64,000 bases of DNA from an uncultured Phycisphaerales bacterium (lineage in GTDB: Bacteria > Planctomycetota > Phycisphaerae > Tepidisphaerales > Tepidisphaeraceae): the NCBI GenBank assembly GCA_963841305.1, contig CAWJBR010000001.1, forward strand, positions 7,598 to 71,597. The letters are read 5' to 3'. Positions 9,390-17,648 of this stretch are shown here, piece by piece. Position numbers and translations under genes: made by a program. The notes below the pieces were generated by a model. That model ran no database searches. It had not been told where the DNA came from and worked only from the letters and a program-made list of their open reading frames with translations. Position 1 is the stretch's first letter; every line of letters starts with the position of its first letter.

Positions 9390-9665
9390 TAAAGCGGCAG
9401 AGCGAAGGCAAGAAATTCACGCCATGAACAAGTGTGTACTGGCGATTTGTGGCTGGGTGTCCCCTGTCCCTCCCGAAAACTCCCTCCGAGTCAGAACACG
9501 ATGACCGGCGCCCCCATACAAGTCATCACATCTGAGGATTTGAGCTATCGGCGAGTGAGGCGATATCCACTCGCGATGTGCAACACGCCGAGGCTTACCA
9601 CTGCTCAGGCGGCTCCTGATTGGTGGTGCAAGTCGCCATAATCGTGTAAGTCAGCCGGGTACGGT

Positions 9666-12530
9666 TCACTCACCGCTTCGGTTGTTGATCGCCCAGCGCA
9701 CCGTGTAGTTCGCGAGGCTGGCATTGGGGACCAGATGTACGCGGACGCCGGCGGGGGCTTGGACGCGGAGGGTCAGCTGCCGGCCGGTCTTGCGCCAGGA
9801 GCAGAAGACCGGACCACGGGCGCTGCCGACGGCGCCGCGGGCGTGGGTCAGGCCGTGGACCCAGGGGCTGACTCCGAAGGCCCGGCCGCCGGGCTCGCAC
9901 TGGCGGAGGCCCAGGATCAGGCGGTTGAGAAAATACAGCGGACCGGCCGACCAGGCATGGCAGTGGCTGCGGGTGGGGAAGGGCTTGGGGACGAAAGGGC
10001 TGCTGGGCAGGTGTTCCCAGACCGTGGTGGCGCCCTGCCGGAGCATGGGCGCGTAGTGCTGGCGAATGGCCTGCAGAATGGCATCCGGCTGGCCGGCCTG
10101 CTCGAGGGCTTCGAAGAGGAACTGCATGGCAAACGGCGAGCCGATGCGGGTCATGCCGGCGGGGGGATTCAACAGGTGGCTCAGCAGGGTCGGGCGATGT
10201 TCCGGGGGGGCGACGTCGTACAGCAAGGCCAGCAGGCTGGTGTGCTGGCAGCGTTTGGGGCTGGGCTTCCCATCAACATGGATACTGTCGGGATAAGCTC
10301 CGGTTGCCGGATCCCACTGACGATTGATTGAACCTTTAAGCTTTGTAATACAATCAGCAATCCAGCGGCCGTCGGCCTCGTGACCGAGCATCTCAGCCGC
10401 TTTCTGCGCCGCCTGCAAGGCCCCGACGAAAAACAGGCTGTTGTGCAGCACGGTGGGCGGTTCCTGATCGATGTCGGCCCAGTCAAACAAATTCCACTCC
10501 GCGGCGCTGAACAGGCCGTCCGGGTTGACGTAGCGCCAGGCGCCTTTGAGGTTTTTCAGCAGGGCCGGCCAGAGGGATTTCAGCAGCGGCTTGTCGCCGG
10601 TGTAGAAGTAGTATTCCCACGCCTGGATGCCCCACAGGAAGCTCCAGGCCGGCAGCAGGCAATTCCAGGCCGAGGGCACCTGGCAGCCGACCATGGGGAA
10701 GTGGTCCAGGGACTGGGCGCCCAGTTCCAGCGAGCGGCGGGAGACGTCGGTGTTGCCGAAGGTGTCGTAGGCGTAGAGGGCGGCGTTGCGGGCGTCGCCG
10801 ATCCACAGCGTCTGCTCGTACAGGGGACAATCGGTGAAGACGTCCTCCATACACAGTTGCAGCGTGCGGGCGGAGATTTGCCAGACCCTGGACAGAGTGG
10901 CATCGCTGCAGGTCAGCGGGCGGATCGCCTTCACCGGCGCGGTGGATTCGATCAGTCGCAGTTGGTGCAACTCCACCGCTTCCCTTGGGCCGCGGAGCGT
11001 GAGGAACAGATACCGCCCGGAGCGGCGTTTCAGGGAGGTGAAACGCTGGCGGCCCTGGCGGGTGATGTAGCGCAGGCCGTTGCGGTTGTCGGGATAGGAG
11101 TGCTGGACTTGGCCGTCGGGATTGATGTGCTCCACCAGGTGCAGATCCACGGTGACGCCGGCGGGGGCGGTGAGGGCGAATTCAAGGTAGCCCACGCGCT
11201 GCTGTCCGAGGTCGTAGCAGAGTTCGACGTCGCCGTCGGGAGCCGGATGCACCTTCACCGGTTTGTCGTTGCCTTGGCACGGGCCGGCAGCGTTGCGGAC
11301 CAGCCGGGCTGCGATTGCCCGCGGTTGGCGCTGGGCAAAATCGGCCGAGAAGTCCGGCAAAAACACCTGCTCGTCGGGCCGGTTCAACGCCAGCGGTTGC
11401 AGTGTGCGGCGGGCTTTCGCGGGATCCTGGCAGGTGCGGGCCAATTCCTGGATGGCCTGACGATACTCGGCCTCCACTTTCTTGGGCTGCGGGTTGTCCT
11501 GGCTGATCCACGGGCGGTCGATGCGGCTCAGCAGATAAGGGCGCAGGACAAAGACGACCCACGCGGAGTCGGCCTGTGGATCGTAGGGATGCATCCACCG
11601 GGCGTTGGGCAGGTGCAGGAAGGGGAAGGGCAGTTCCTTGCGATGGCCGTAAAATTCGTTGCAGAAGAACAGGGCCCGGTGTTGGCCGGGCTTCAGGCGA
11701 AAGCGCCCGTCGGGTTTGGTTTGACCATCGACGCTGGCGATCCAGTGCGGGGAATTGAAATCGAGAGTCTGTGCCCGGTTCAGTTGCAGGACCGAGGCCA
11801 GCCCCACGGGGCGGCTGGTGAAATAATTGGCCTCCATCAGACCGGGATGGGCCAGACGCGCGACCGGGACACATACCCGCGCCGGTTCCCGCCGGACGAT
11901 CGCTGCGCCGCGAAAGGCTGCGGGGGAGCAGGGGGTTTTCGCCAAAGGGGCCACGGGGCGTGGGGTCAGATTTTTCCAGGGGCCTCGATTGGCGGGAAAC
12001 AGTTCGACAGCCGGTTGAAAGTCTTGCGTGGATTCAAGTCGGGCGTCGTACAGTTCCGCCGGTTCCATCTGAATGCTGACCTTGGGAACCCACTGTTGCC
12101 AGGCGGGGGCGGGGGCGGCTTGCCAAGCCTTGTCGGTGCTGATGGACACCCAGCGTGAGTGGGTCTGCACGTCCAGTTGCGCCAGTAAACCGGCATGCTG
12201 GGGGATCTGGTGAAACGTGCCCACGCCGTAGTAGCGGGCGATGATGCGAAGGGTGTTTGAGCCGCGCTTCAGATGGGGCGTCAGGTCGTACTCGTCAAAG
12301 AGCCAGTGTTCGGGATACGCGCGGGCCGGCCCATCATTGATCCACCGGCCGTTGACCAGCAGGCGATAGCCGCTGTCGGCGGTGATGCGCAGGCGGGCCT
12401 GGCGAATGGCCGGCAGGGTGAACTGTCGCTGAAACAGCGCCGTCAGGTTGTAGTCGTGCGGATCCTGTCCGGCACACCATATCCACTGTGCGGTCAGACG
12501 GGGGGGGCGGGATGTTTTTCGGGTGGGCAT
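9666..12530 (-). CDS. GH78-like alpha-L-rhamnosidase
   Basis: 954 aa. The N-terminal WIWCAGQDPHDYN...FTLP region is typical of rhamnosidase N-domains. Six-hairpin motif FTDCPLYEQTLWIGDARNAALYAYDTFGN resembles the DCP.RE..GW.GD signature. The start lies 6 nt after the stop of the upstream GH5 gene. Confidence 0.7.
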   Translation of the reverse strand: MPTRKTSRPPRLTAQWIWCAGQDPHDYNLTALFQRQFTLPAIRQARLRITADSGYRLLVNGRWINDGPARAYPEHWLFDEYDLTPHLKRGSNTLRIIARYYGVGTFHQIPQHAGLLAQLDVQTHSRWVSISTDKAWQAAPAPAWQQWVPKVSIQMEPAELYDARLESTQDFQPAVELFPANRGPWKNLTPRPVAPLAKTPCSPAAFRGAAIVRREPARVCVPVARLAHPGLMEANYFTSRPVGLASVLQLNRAQTLDFNSPHWIASVDGQTKPDGRFRLKPGQHRALFFCNEFYGHRKELPFPFLHLPNARWMHPYDPQADSAWVVFVLRPYLLSRIDRPWISQDNPQPKKVEAEYRQAIQELARTCQDPAKARRTLQPLALNRPDEQVFLPDFSADFAQRQPRAIAARLVRNAAGPCQGNDKPVKVHPAPDGDVELCYDLGQQRVGYLEFALTAPAGVTVDLHLVEHINPDGQVQHSYPDNRNGLRYITRQGRQRFTSLKRRSGRYLFLTLRGPREAVELHQLRLIESTAPVKAIRPLTCSDATLSRVWQISARTLQLCMEDVFTDCPLYEQTLWIGDARNAALYAYDTFGNTDVSRRSLELGAQSLDHFPMVGCQVPSAWNCLLPAWSFLWGIQAWEYYFYTGDKPLLKSLWPALLKNLKGAWRYVNPDGLFSAAEWNLFDWADIDQEPPTVLHNSLFFVGALQAAQKAAEMLGHEADGRWIADCITKLKGSINRQWDPATGAYPDSIHVDGKPSPKRCQHTSLLALLYDVAPPEHRPTLLSHLLNPPAGMTRIGSPFAMQFLFEALEQAGQPDAILQAIRQHYAPMLRQGATTVWEHLPSSPFVPKPFPTRSHCHAWSAGPLYFLNRLILGLRQCEPGGRAFGVSPWVHGLTHARGAVGSARGPVFCSWRKTGRQLTLRVQAPAGVRVHLVPNASLANYTVRWAINNRSGE

Positions 12531-12536
12531 GTTGAC

Positions 12537-13736
12537 CTACTGTTTGTTCCAGCGCTGATGGGCCTCTGCGGACAGTTGCAGCATGTAGGCCCGACCGTTG
12601 GTGAAGGTCACGCTCCAGGTTTTGGCTTGTCCGGGCAGGTCAAAGACCCAGAATGCGGCCAGATCCACTTGTTCTGATTCCATGGCCGCGAGGATCTGCT
12701 CGAAAGTGGTCCGCACCGATTCGGGCTTGCCGTTTTCCGCCAGACCGAATTCCCCGACAAAAACAGGCCGCCCGACCTGCCGTGCGGCGGCCTTGAGCGT
12801 ACGCAGGTAATGCGGCCAGTCCGTCGCCCAGGCCGCCACCTGCTTGACCGGCGTATCGCCATAAATGTGGATGCCGATGGTGTCCAGCGGAGCGGGATTG
12901 TCGCGGAAAAGCGTGAAAAGCGTCTGTTCCTGGGTGTCGCTTTTCCAACTGCGCTCCTGGGTATTGTGCCAGGCGGAGGCGCGGGGGTGGCTGTTGCCGG
13001 AGATGATGGCGCGGGATGGGTCGTGGCGGCGGATTTCCTTGGCGAACTCCGTCAAGGCGACGACCAGATGGGGGGATTTCAGGTCGTCGCGTTCCGAGCC
13101 GCCCTTGGGGCGGAAGTTCGCCGCGTTAGGCAGATCGGCCTGCAGGTTCAGCTCATTGCCGAACTCCCAGGCCCAGATGGCCGGGGAGTTCTTGTAGCGG
13201 CAGACCACCTCGGCGACGTACTGACGCATCAGTTGGATAGTTTTGCTGTCGGGATTGCCCCACTGGTCGCGGGGTTCACCGGCCGCCTCGGAGAGCGCCA
13301 GCGTCCAGAACAGCGAAGGGATCAGCCCGATTTGTTCCCGCTCCGCGGTTTGCACCACCTGGTCCATGCGGCGGAAGTATTCTTCCTTGTTTTTCAGGTA
13401 GAACTGCCACTCCTTTGCGCCAAAGCCGCAGGCGGCAAACCGCACGAACGGGACTTTCGCCGCGGCCAGTTGCTTAAGCCCTTCCAACCCGGACGTGTCA
13501 TTGGGCTTGCGCAGCAGGCGCAAGAACGGATCGAAGTAGTTGGCTCCGACCCCGCGGTAAGGCCGGCCGTCTTTGAAGAACCGGCCATCCCGCACCGTCA
13601 GCCCCAGCTGGGATGGGGCGGCATTTTCCGCCCGCAGGCACTGGGGGGCCAGGCAGCCGAGCAGCACGGCCGTCACCAGGTTTTTCAAAAGTTGACCCGA
13701 TAACAGATTCAATCCATCCATCGTCGAATCTCCCAA
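12537..13736 (-). CDS. Secreted GH5-family glycoside hydrolase (mannanase/cellulase-type)
   Basis: Has a signal peptide. Acid/base motif WAWEFGNELN and nucleophile motif PVFVGEFG. The start codon abuts the GH130 stop (13737..13739). Confidence 0.75.
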   Translation of the reverse strand: MGDSTMDGLNLLSGQLLKNLVTAVLLGCLAPQCLRAENAAPSQLGLTVRDGRFFKDGRPYRGVGANYFDPFLRLLRKPNDTSGLEGLKQLAAAKVPFVRFAACGFGAKEWQFYLKNKEEYFRRMDQVVQTAEREQIGLIPSLFWTLALSEAAGEPRDQWGNPDSKTIQLMRQYVAEVVCRYKNSPAIWAWEFGNELNLQADLPNAANFRPKGGSERDDLKSPHLVVALTEFAKEIRRHDPSRAIISGNSHPRASAWHNTQERSWKSDTQEQTLFTLFRDNPAPLDTIGIHIYGDTPVKQVAAWATDWPHYLRTLKAAARQVGRPVFVGEFGLAENGKPESVRTTFEQILAAMESEQVDLAAFWVFDLPGQAKTWSVTFTNGRAYMLQLSAEAHQRWNKQ

Positions 13737-14702
13737 TCAATACGGTTTCCACGGCGAACGCAGGCACTCGTCCACCAGTCGGGAAATGCTGGCCGTCGCC
13801 AGCCCCATGCAGGTGTCGGCGCAGCCGTAGTAAATCTTCAACTCGTCCGGATTATCTCCGAACTGGATTGCTCCCGTGGGGAAGACGACGTTGGCGGTGA
13901 TGCCCACCCGCTCGTAGAGTTCCCGCGGCGAGAGGAGCACCTTGTTCATCTTGCCGATGATCCGGCTGGGGTCTTTCAGGTCCAGCAGGAAACAACCGGC
14001 CTGGTAGGTAAAGCCGTTCATTCCCTGACGTACGCCGTGGTAGATGCACAGCCAGCCCTGGGGGGTTTTGATCGGCGGGCAGCCGGGGCCGATCTTGGCG
14101 TGCTCCCAGTAGCGGGTGAAGCGGGCCAGCAGCAGCTTGGTGCGTCCCCAGTGGATCAGGTCCGGGGAATAGCTGATGTAGATGTCGCCGCAGTCGTTGA
14201 TGTTGGGCCGCTCCAGGCGGACGTACGCCCCGTCGATCTTCTCGGAAAACAGGACGCAGTTGCGGTGGTCCGGCTGGGTGATGAAGCCCATGTCCTCCAG
14301 CGATTCGAAGTCGTGCGTGCGGGCCAGGCGGATGCGCCCGCCGAGGTGGTTGGAGGTGTTGTAGGTGATGTAATACCAGCCGTCGATTTGGGTGATGCGG
14401 GTGTCGAAGATGCCGTCGGTCTGGCGGTAGAGCGGCTCGTTGAGCGGGCCGATCCACTTGCGGGGGGAGACGGTGAAGCGGACGCCGTCGTCGCTGCGGG
14501 CGACGTAGAAGCCGGGAACCCATTCGCTGTCCCAGGCGTTGACCAGCATGACGACCTGGTTGTTGTGCACGGTCACGCCGCAGTTGAAGACGCATTCGGC
14601 GTCAAAGGGCATGTCGGCCGCCGTGAGGATGGGGTTGGCCGGGTGACGCACGATCAGCGGTGCGGTGGGCGGGACGCGGTCGGGATTCGATCTTGGGGCC
14701 AT
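13737..14702 (-). CDS. GH130 family beta-mannoside phosphorylase/hydrolase (phosphorylase-type residues apparently present), cytoplasmic
   Basis: Motifs GIFDTRITQIDGWYYITYN and KIYYGCADTCMGLATA. DHRNCVLF, RLERP and IYHGV resemble the phosphate-binding positions of characterised GH130 phosphorylases. No signal peptide. Confidence 0.75.
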   Translation of the reverse strand: MAPRSNPDRVPPTAPLIVRHPANPILTAADMPFDAECVFNCGVTVHNNQVVMLVNAWDSEWVPGFYVARSDDGVRFTVSPRKWIGPLNEPLYRQTDGIFDTRITQIDGWYYITYNTSNHLGGRIRLARTHDFESLEDMGFITQPDHRNCVLFSEKIDGAYVRLERPNINDCGDIYISYSPDLIHWGRTKLLLARFTRYWEHAKIGPGCPPIKTPQGWLCIYHGVRQGMNGFTYQAGCFLLDLKDPSRIIGKMNKVLLSPRELYERVGITANVVFPTGAIQFGDNPDELKIYYGCADTCMGLATASISRLVDECLRSPWKPY

Positions 14703-14822
14703 ATTGATTGCTCCGGGTAATGTGGCATGCCGGGAGACTCACCCGGCGTTTAAGGTACGAACATAGGCAAATACGCCGGGCGATCAAGATGATTTTTTAT
14801 CAACGGAGCCGAAGAGTGGGCG

Positions 14823-14855
14823 TGACGCAAAAATATACTCGATTGACGCATAATG
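14823..14855 (+). promoter_or_regulatory. Candidate operator: direct repeat TGACGCAAAAAT-N9-TGACGCATAATG
   Basis: Located in the 372-nt divergent region between the GH130 operon and the GH5 gene. The same architecture, with half-sites 21 nt apart, recurs at 17539..17571. Confidence 0.5.
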
Positions 14856-15074
14856 ACCTATTCGGCATCGCTGTTCTGTTGGATAATTGTTTGGTTCGGC
14901 GGGACGACGATTTTCCCGCAGTGGGCAAGGTAACCGCGGAGCCAAGGGTGGAAACGCCCGGCGGGATCGAAATTAAAATTCTTCTTCAACAAATAATCCC
15001 CTTGTCTGTATGGATAATGTCGGCTAATTCTCTGGCCAGGGGTCCGGCAACGAAACGCTTTGGATGGATGTGCG

Positions 15075-16340
15075 ATGATGTCTATACGGTTCGCATTTTG
15101 TTTGCTGATGGCGGTGCTGATCGGGGGAGGGGCCTGGCGTGCGGCGGCGGATGACAGTGTCGTGCGCCGACAGGGCAACCGCTTGATGCTCAATGGCCGG
15201 GAATACCGCGCCATGGGCGTGAACATGCCGCATCTGCTGTGGGTCTGGCAGGGCACATGGATCCACATTGCCGGAAATGATTGCGGATCGGTTTATCCCT
15301 CGCAACCGGCGGCCCGGGCGGCTATCGAAACCGCGGTGGCCGAGGCGGCCGAATCGGGGGCGGCGTTCATTCGCTTCTTCGCCAATCCGGGCGTTCCTCG
15401 CGAAATCGCCGCGTTGTACGACAAGGATCCCCAGCGGTACTGGCGGCAGACCGACCAGTTGATGGACCTGTGCCGCAAGCATCATCTGCGCGTCGTGCCC
15501 TGTCTCTACCCGCCGTATTTCTCATGGCATCTGCTCTACGGGGAAACGGCCGACGCCCTGGCCGATCCGTCCTCCCAAACCCACGCCGCCGTCATGCAGT
15601 ACATCCGGCAGTTCGTGGCCCGCTACAAAGACGACCCGGTCGTGCTGGCGTGGGAACTGTCCAACGAGCCCATGCTGGAAGCGGACGTGGACTGGTCGAA
15701 GGAGGGCGGGGACGAGAGAATACTTTACAAGGAAATTTTCCCACCAGGATCGCCGTTCTACCGCGATCGCAAATGCCGCAAGGACGGCCTCTCCTGGGCC
15801 GCGGTCCTGCGGATCGTTCAGCAGCAGGCGGCTTTGGTCAAATCGCTGGATCCGCAGCGGCCGCTGTCCAGCGGCGAAGGCTATGTGCGCCCCGAATGCA
15901 CCAGCCGCCGGGAAACGTTCCCGAATTTCAAATTCCGCAACGACACCTTCTCCGAATGGCTGGCCAACAACCTGCTGGCCCAGCCCCAGCCGCTGGATTT
16001 TTACAGCTTCCACATCTACGGCTATCCCGGCGACCCGGAGCCGAACAGCCCTTGGCCTCTGGCCGCTATCGAAAAATGGCGGTCCGTGGTGCGGGCGGCC
16101 CACGCGACCGGCCGGCCGGTCTTCGTCGGCGAACTGGGGCAGGAGAAACCGTCTTTCCGGGAGGATCCGGAAGCGAAGTGGACGCTCCAAGCCATTGACA
16201 TGCTGGAGAGTGAAAACGTGTCCTTGATCGCCCTGTGGGTGTGGCATTTCCCCTGGCAGCCGGACCGCACGCTTTCCCTCGCCACACACCCCAGGCTGGT
16301 GGAGCGGATGGCGGCCTTCAACCGGCGGTACGCTCAATAA
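15075..16340 (+). CDS. Secreted GH5-family glycoside hydrolase
   Basis: Start at ATG 15075 (MMSIRFAFCLLMAVLIGGGAWRAAA signal). Motifs LAWELSNEPM and PVFVGELGQ. Confidence 0.7.
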   Translation: MMSIRFAFCLLMAVLIGGGAWRAAADDSVVRRQGNRLMLNGREYRAMGVNMPHLLWVWQGTWIHIAGNDCGSVYPSQPAARAAIETAVAEAAESGAAFIRFFANPGVPREIAALYDKDPQRYWRQTDQLMDLCRKHHLRVVPCLYPPYFSWHLLYGETADALADPSSQTHAAVMQYIRQFVARYKDDPVVLAWELSNEPMLEADVDWSKEGGDERILYKEIFPPGSPFYRDRKCRKDGLSWAAVLRIVQQQAALVKSLDPQRPLSSGEGYVRPECTSRRETFPNFKFRNDTFSEWLANNLLAQPQPLDFYSFHIYGYPGDPEPNSPWPLAAIEKWRSVVRAAHATGRPVFVGELGQEKPSFREDPEAKWTLQAIDMLESENVSLIALWVWHFPWQPDRTLSLATHPRLVERMAAFNRRYAQ

Positions 16341-16352
16341 TCCACGCCGGGC

Positions 16353-17498
16353 TTATCGGTCGCGGAACTGTCGGCGGTAGGCACTGGGAGACATCCGAAC
16401 GTCGCGGCGGAAGACCACGTCCATCCCCCGGGCATCGAGGAACCCGGCTTGGGCGGCCACCTGCCGTATGGACAAGCTGGAGGTCCGCAGCAGGTGCATC
16501 GCCCGTTCCAGGCGGATGCGGCGGATTTCCTCGGCGGGTTTTCGGCCCAAGGCGGCCTGGAACCGCCGTTCCAGCGTTCGGCGGGACATCGGCATTTTGG
16601 CCAGCAGTTGCTTGACGTTCAGGGATTGGCCGACGTGGGCGTGGATCAACTGCAGGGCGGCGGCGACCTCCCGGTCCTCGATGGCCAGCACGTCCGTGGA
16701 TCGGCGGGTGACGATGCTCAGCGGGGGAATTTTCAGATGCCGGACCTGGCGGACCTTGCCCGCCATCATCTGATCGAGCAGGGCCGCGGCTTCGAAGCCG
16801 ATCCGGTCGCAGTCCTGCACGATGCTGGACAGCGGCGGATCGGCCAACTCGCACATCAGATCGTCATTGTCCACCCCCAGCACGGCCACGTCGGCCGGGA
16901 CCGAGAAGTTCAACTCGCCGCAGGCCGCCAGCACATGCCGGCCCATCAGATCGTCGCACGCCATCACCGCCAGAGGGCGGGGCAGTTTGCCGAGCCATCG
17001 GCTCAGTCCCGGTTGCTCCTTGTCCAGAGTTCGCTCGTGGGGCACCCGGCGTACCGCTACGGGGAGACCCGCTTGCCCCACGGCATCACAGAAGGCCCGT
17101 TCGCGATCCAAGGACCAGGAGAATCGCTGCGAGCCGTAGAAGGCGAAATGGCGAAACCCGCGATCCAGAAAGTGCCGGGCCCCGGTTCGGCCGATGGCGG
17201 CATCGTCGCTGGTGACGCAGGGGATGCCCTTAGCGTGCAGGCCCTGCGTGACGGCGACAACCGGGACGGTTCGGGTTCTTACGCCCCGCAGATCGGCTCG
17301 TTCGTTCAGGGACGTGATCAGCCCGTCGTACCGGCAGCGGGTCAGACGGCGGGGGTGGACCATGGGTTGGCCCTTATCCTCGATAAAATGCCACATGGTG
17401 TGCGTCTGGCAATAGCGGATGATCCCCCGGATGATGCCCCGCTGAGCGCCGCCCTCGATAGACAGGTTGATGGCCGCCGTGAATCGTTTTTTTTGCAT
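16353..17498 (-). CDS. XylR-like transcriptional regulator (periplasmic-binding-protein-like sugar sensor domain plus AraC-type HTH)
   Basis: The architecture parallels E. coli XylR. Motifs: FRHFAFYGS, AVLGVDNDDLMCEL..PPLSSI, PPLSIVTRRSTD. C-terminal AraC HTH: RIRLERAMHLLRTSSLSIRQVAAQAGF...SPSAYRRQF. Confidence 0.8.
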   Translation of the reverse strand: MQKKRFTAAINLSIEGGAQRGIIRGIIRYCQTHTMWHFIEDKGQPMVHPRRLTRCRYDGLITSLNERADLRGVRTRTVPVVAVTQGLHAKGIPCVTSDDAAIGRTGARHFLDRGFRHFAFYGSQRFSWSLDRERAFCDAVGQAGLPVAVRRVPHERTLDKEQPGLSRWLGKLPRPLAVMACDDLMGRHVLAACGELNFSVPADVAVLGVDNDDLMCELADPPLSSIVQDCDRIGFEAAALLDQMMAGKVRQVRHLKIPPLSIVTRRSTDVLAIEDREVAAALQLIHAHVGQSLNVKQLLAKMPMSRRTLERRFQAALGRKPAEEIRRIRLERAMHLLRTSSLSIRQVAAQAGFLDARGMDVVFRRDVRMSPSAYRRQFRDR

Positions 17499-17538
17499 GG
17501 TTCATCCGCCGCAACGGCCGGTGATGATACCGGCCGCA

Positions 17539-17571
17539 TGACGCAAAAATCAACTTCGATGACGCAACAAT
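17539..17571 (+). promoter_or_regulatory. Candidate operator: direct repeat TGACGCAAAAAT-N9-TGACGCAACAAT
   Basis: Begins 41 nt from the regulator start (17498, minus strand) and ends 78 nt upstream of the transporter ATG (17649). Same half-sites, spacing and orientation as 14823..14855. Confidence 0.5.
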
Positions 17572-17648
17572 GGGTATGCGGATCGGATCGGATCGGGGTA
17601 TCATACCCGTTCCGAGGTTCGGGGGTGGATTTTCAGCCGGGAGTGACG

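Noticed and set aside
9551-9574. Hairpin GCGAGTG-N10-CACTCGC as an intrinsic terminator between convergent genes
   Set aside because: It is a perfect 7-bp stem, but there is no U-tract on either strand and the loop is long. Evidence is insufficient to call a terminator.
9432-9641. 69-aa ORF between convergent genes
   Set aside because: It has no SD, no recognisable motif and an odd composition. It lies in a 3' intergenic region that contains the shared 14-mer element.
10380-12158. 592-aa + strand ORF
   Set aside because: It is antisense to the GH78 rhamnosidase gene and has no recognisable domains.
14708-15268. ORFs 14708..15154 (+) and 14858..15268 (-) in the GH130/GH5 divergent region
   Set aside because: Neither has motifs or an SD, and they overlap each other and the GH5 start. 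The region is AT-richer and carries the operator-like repeats, so it is better explained as regulatory DNA.
16449-17648. 5' 400 codons of the 880-aa + strand ORF
   Set aside because: This part is antisense to the XylR-like regulator and has no motifs. The transporter homology and hydrophobic segments begin only after ATG 17649.
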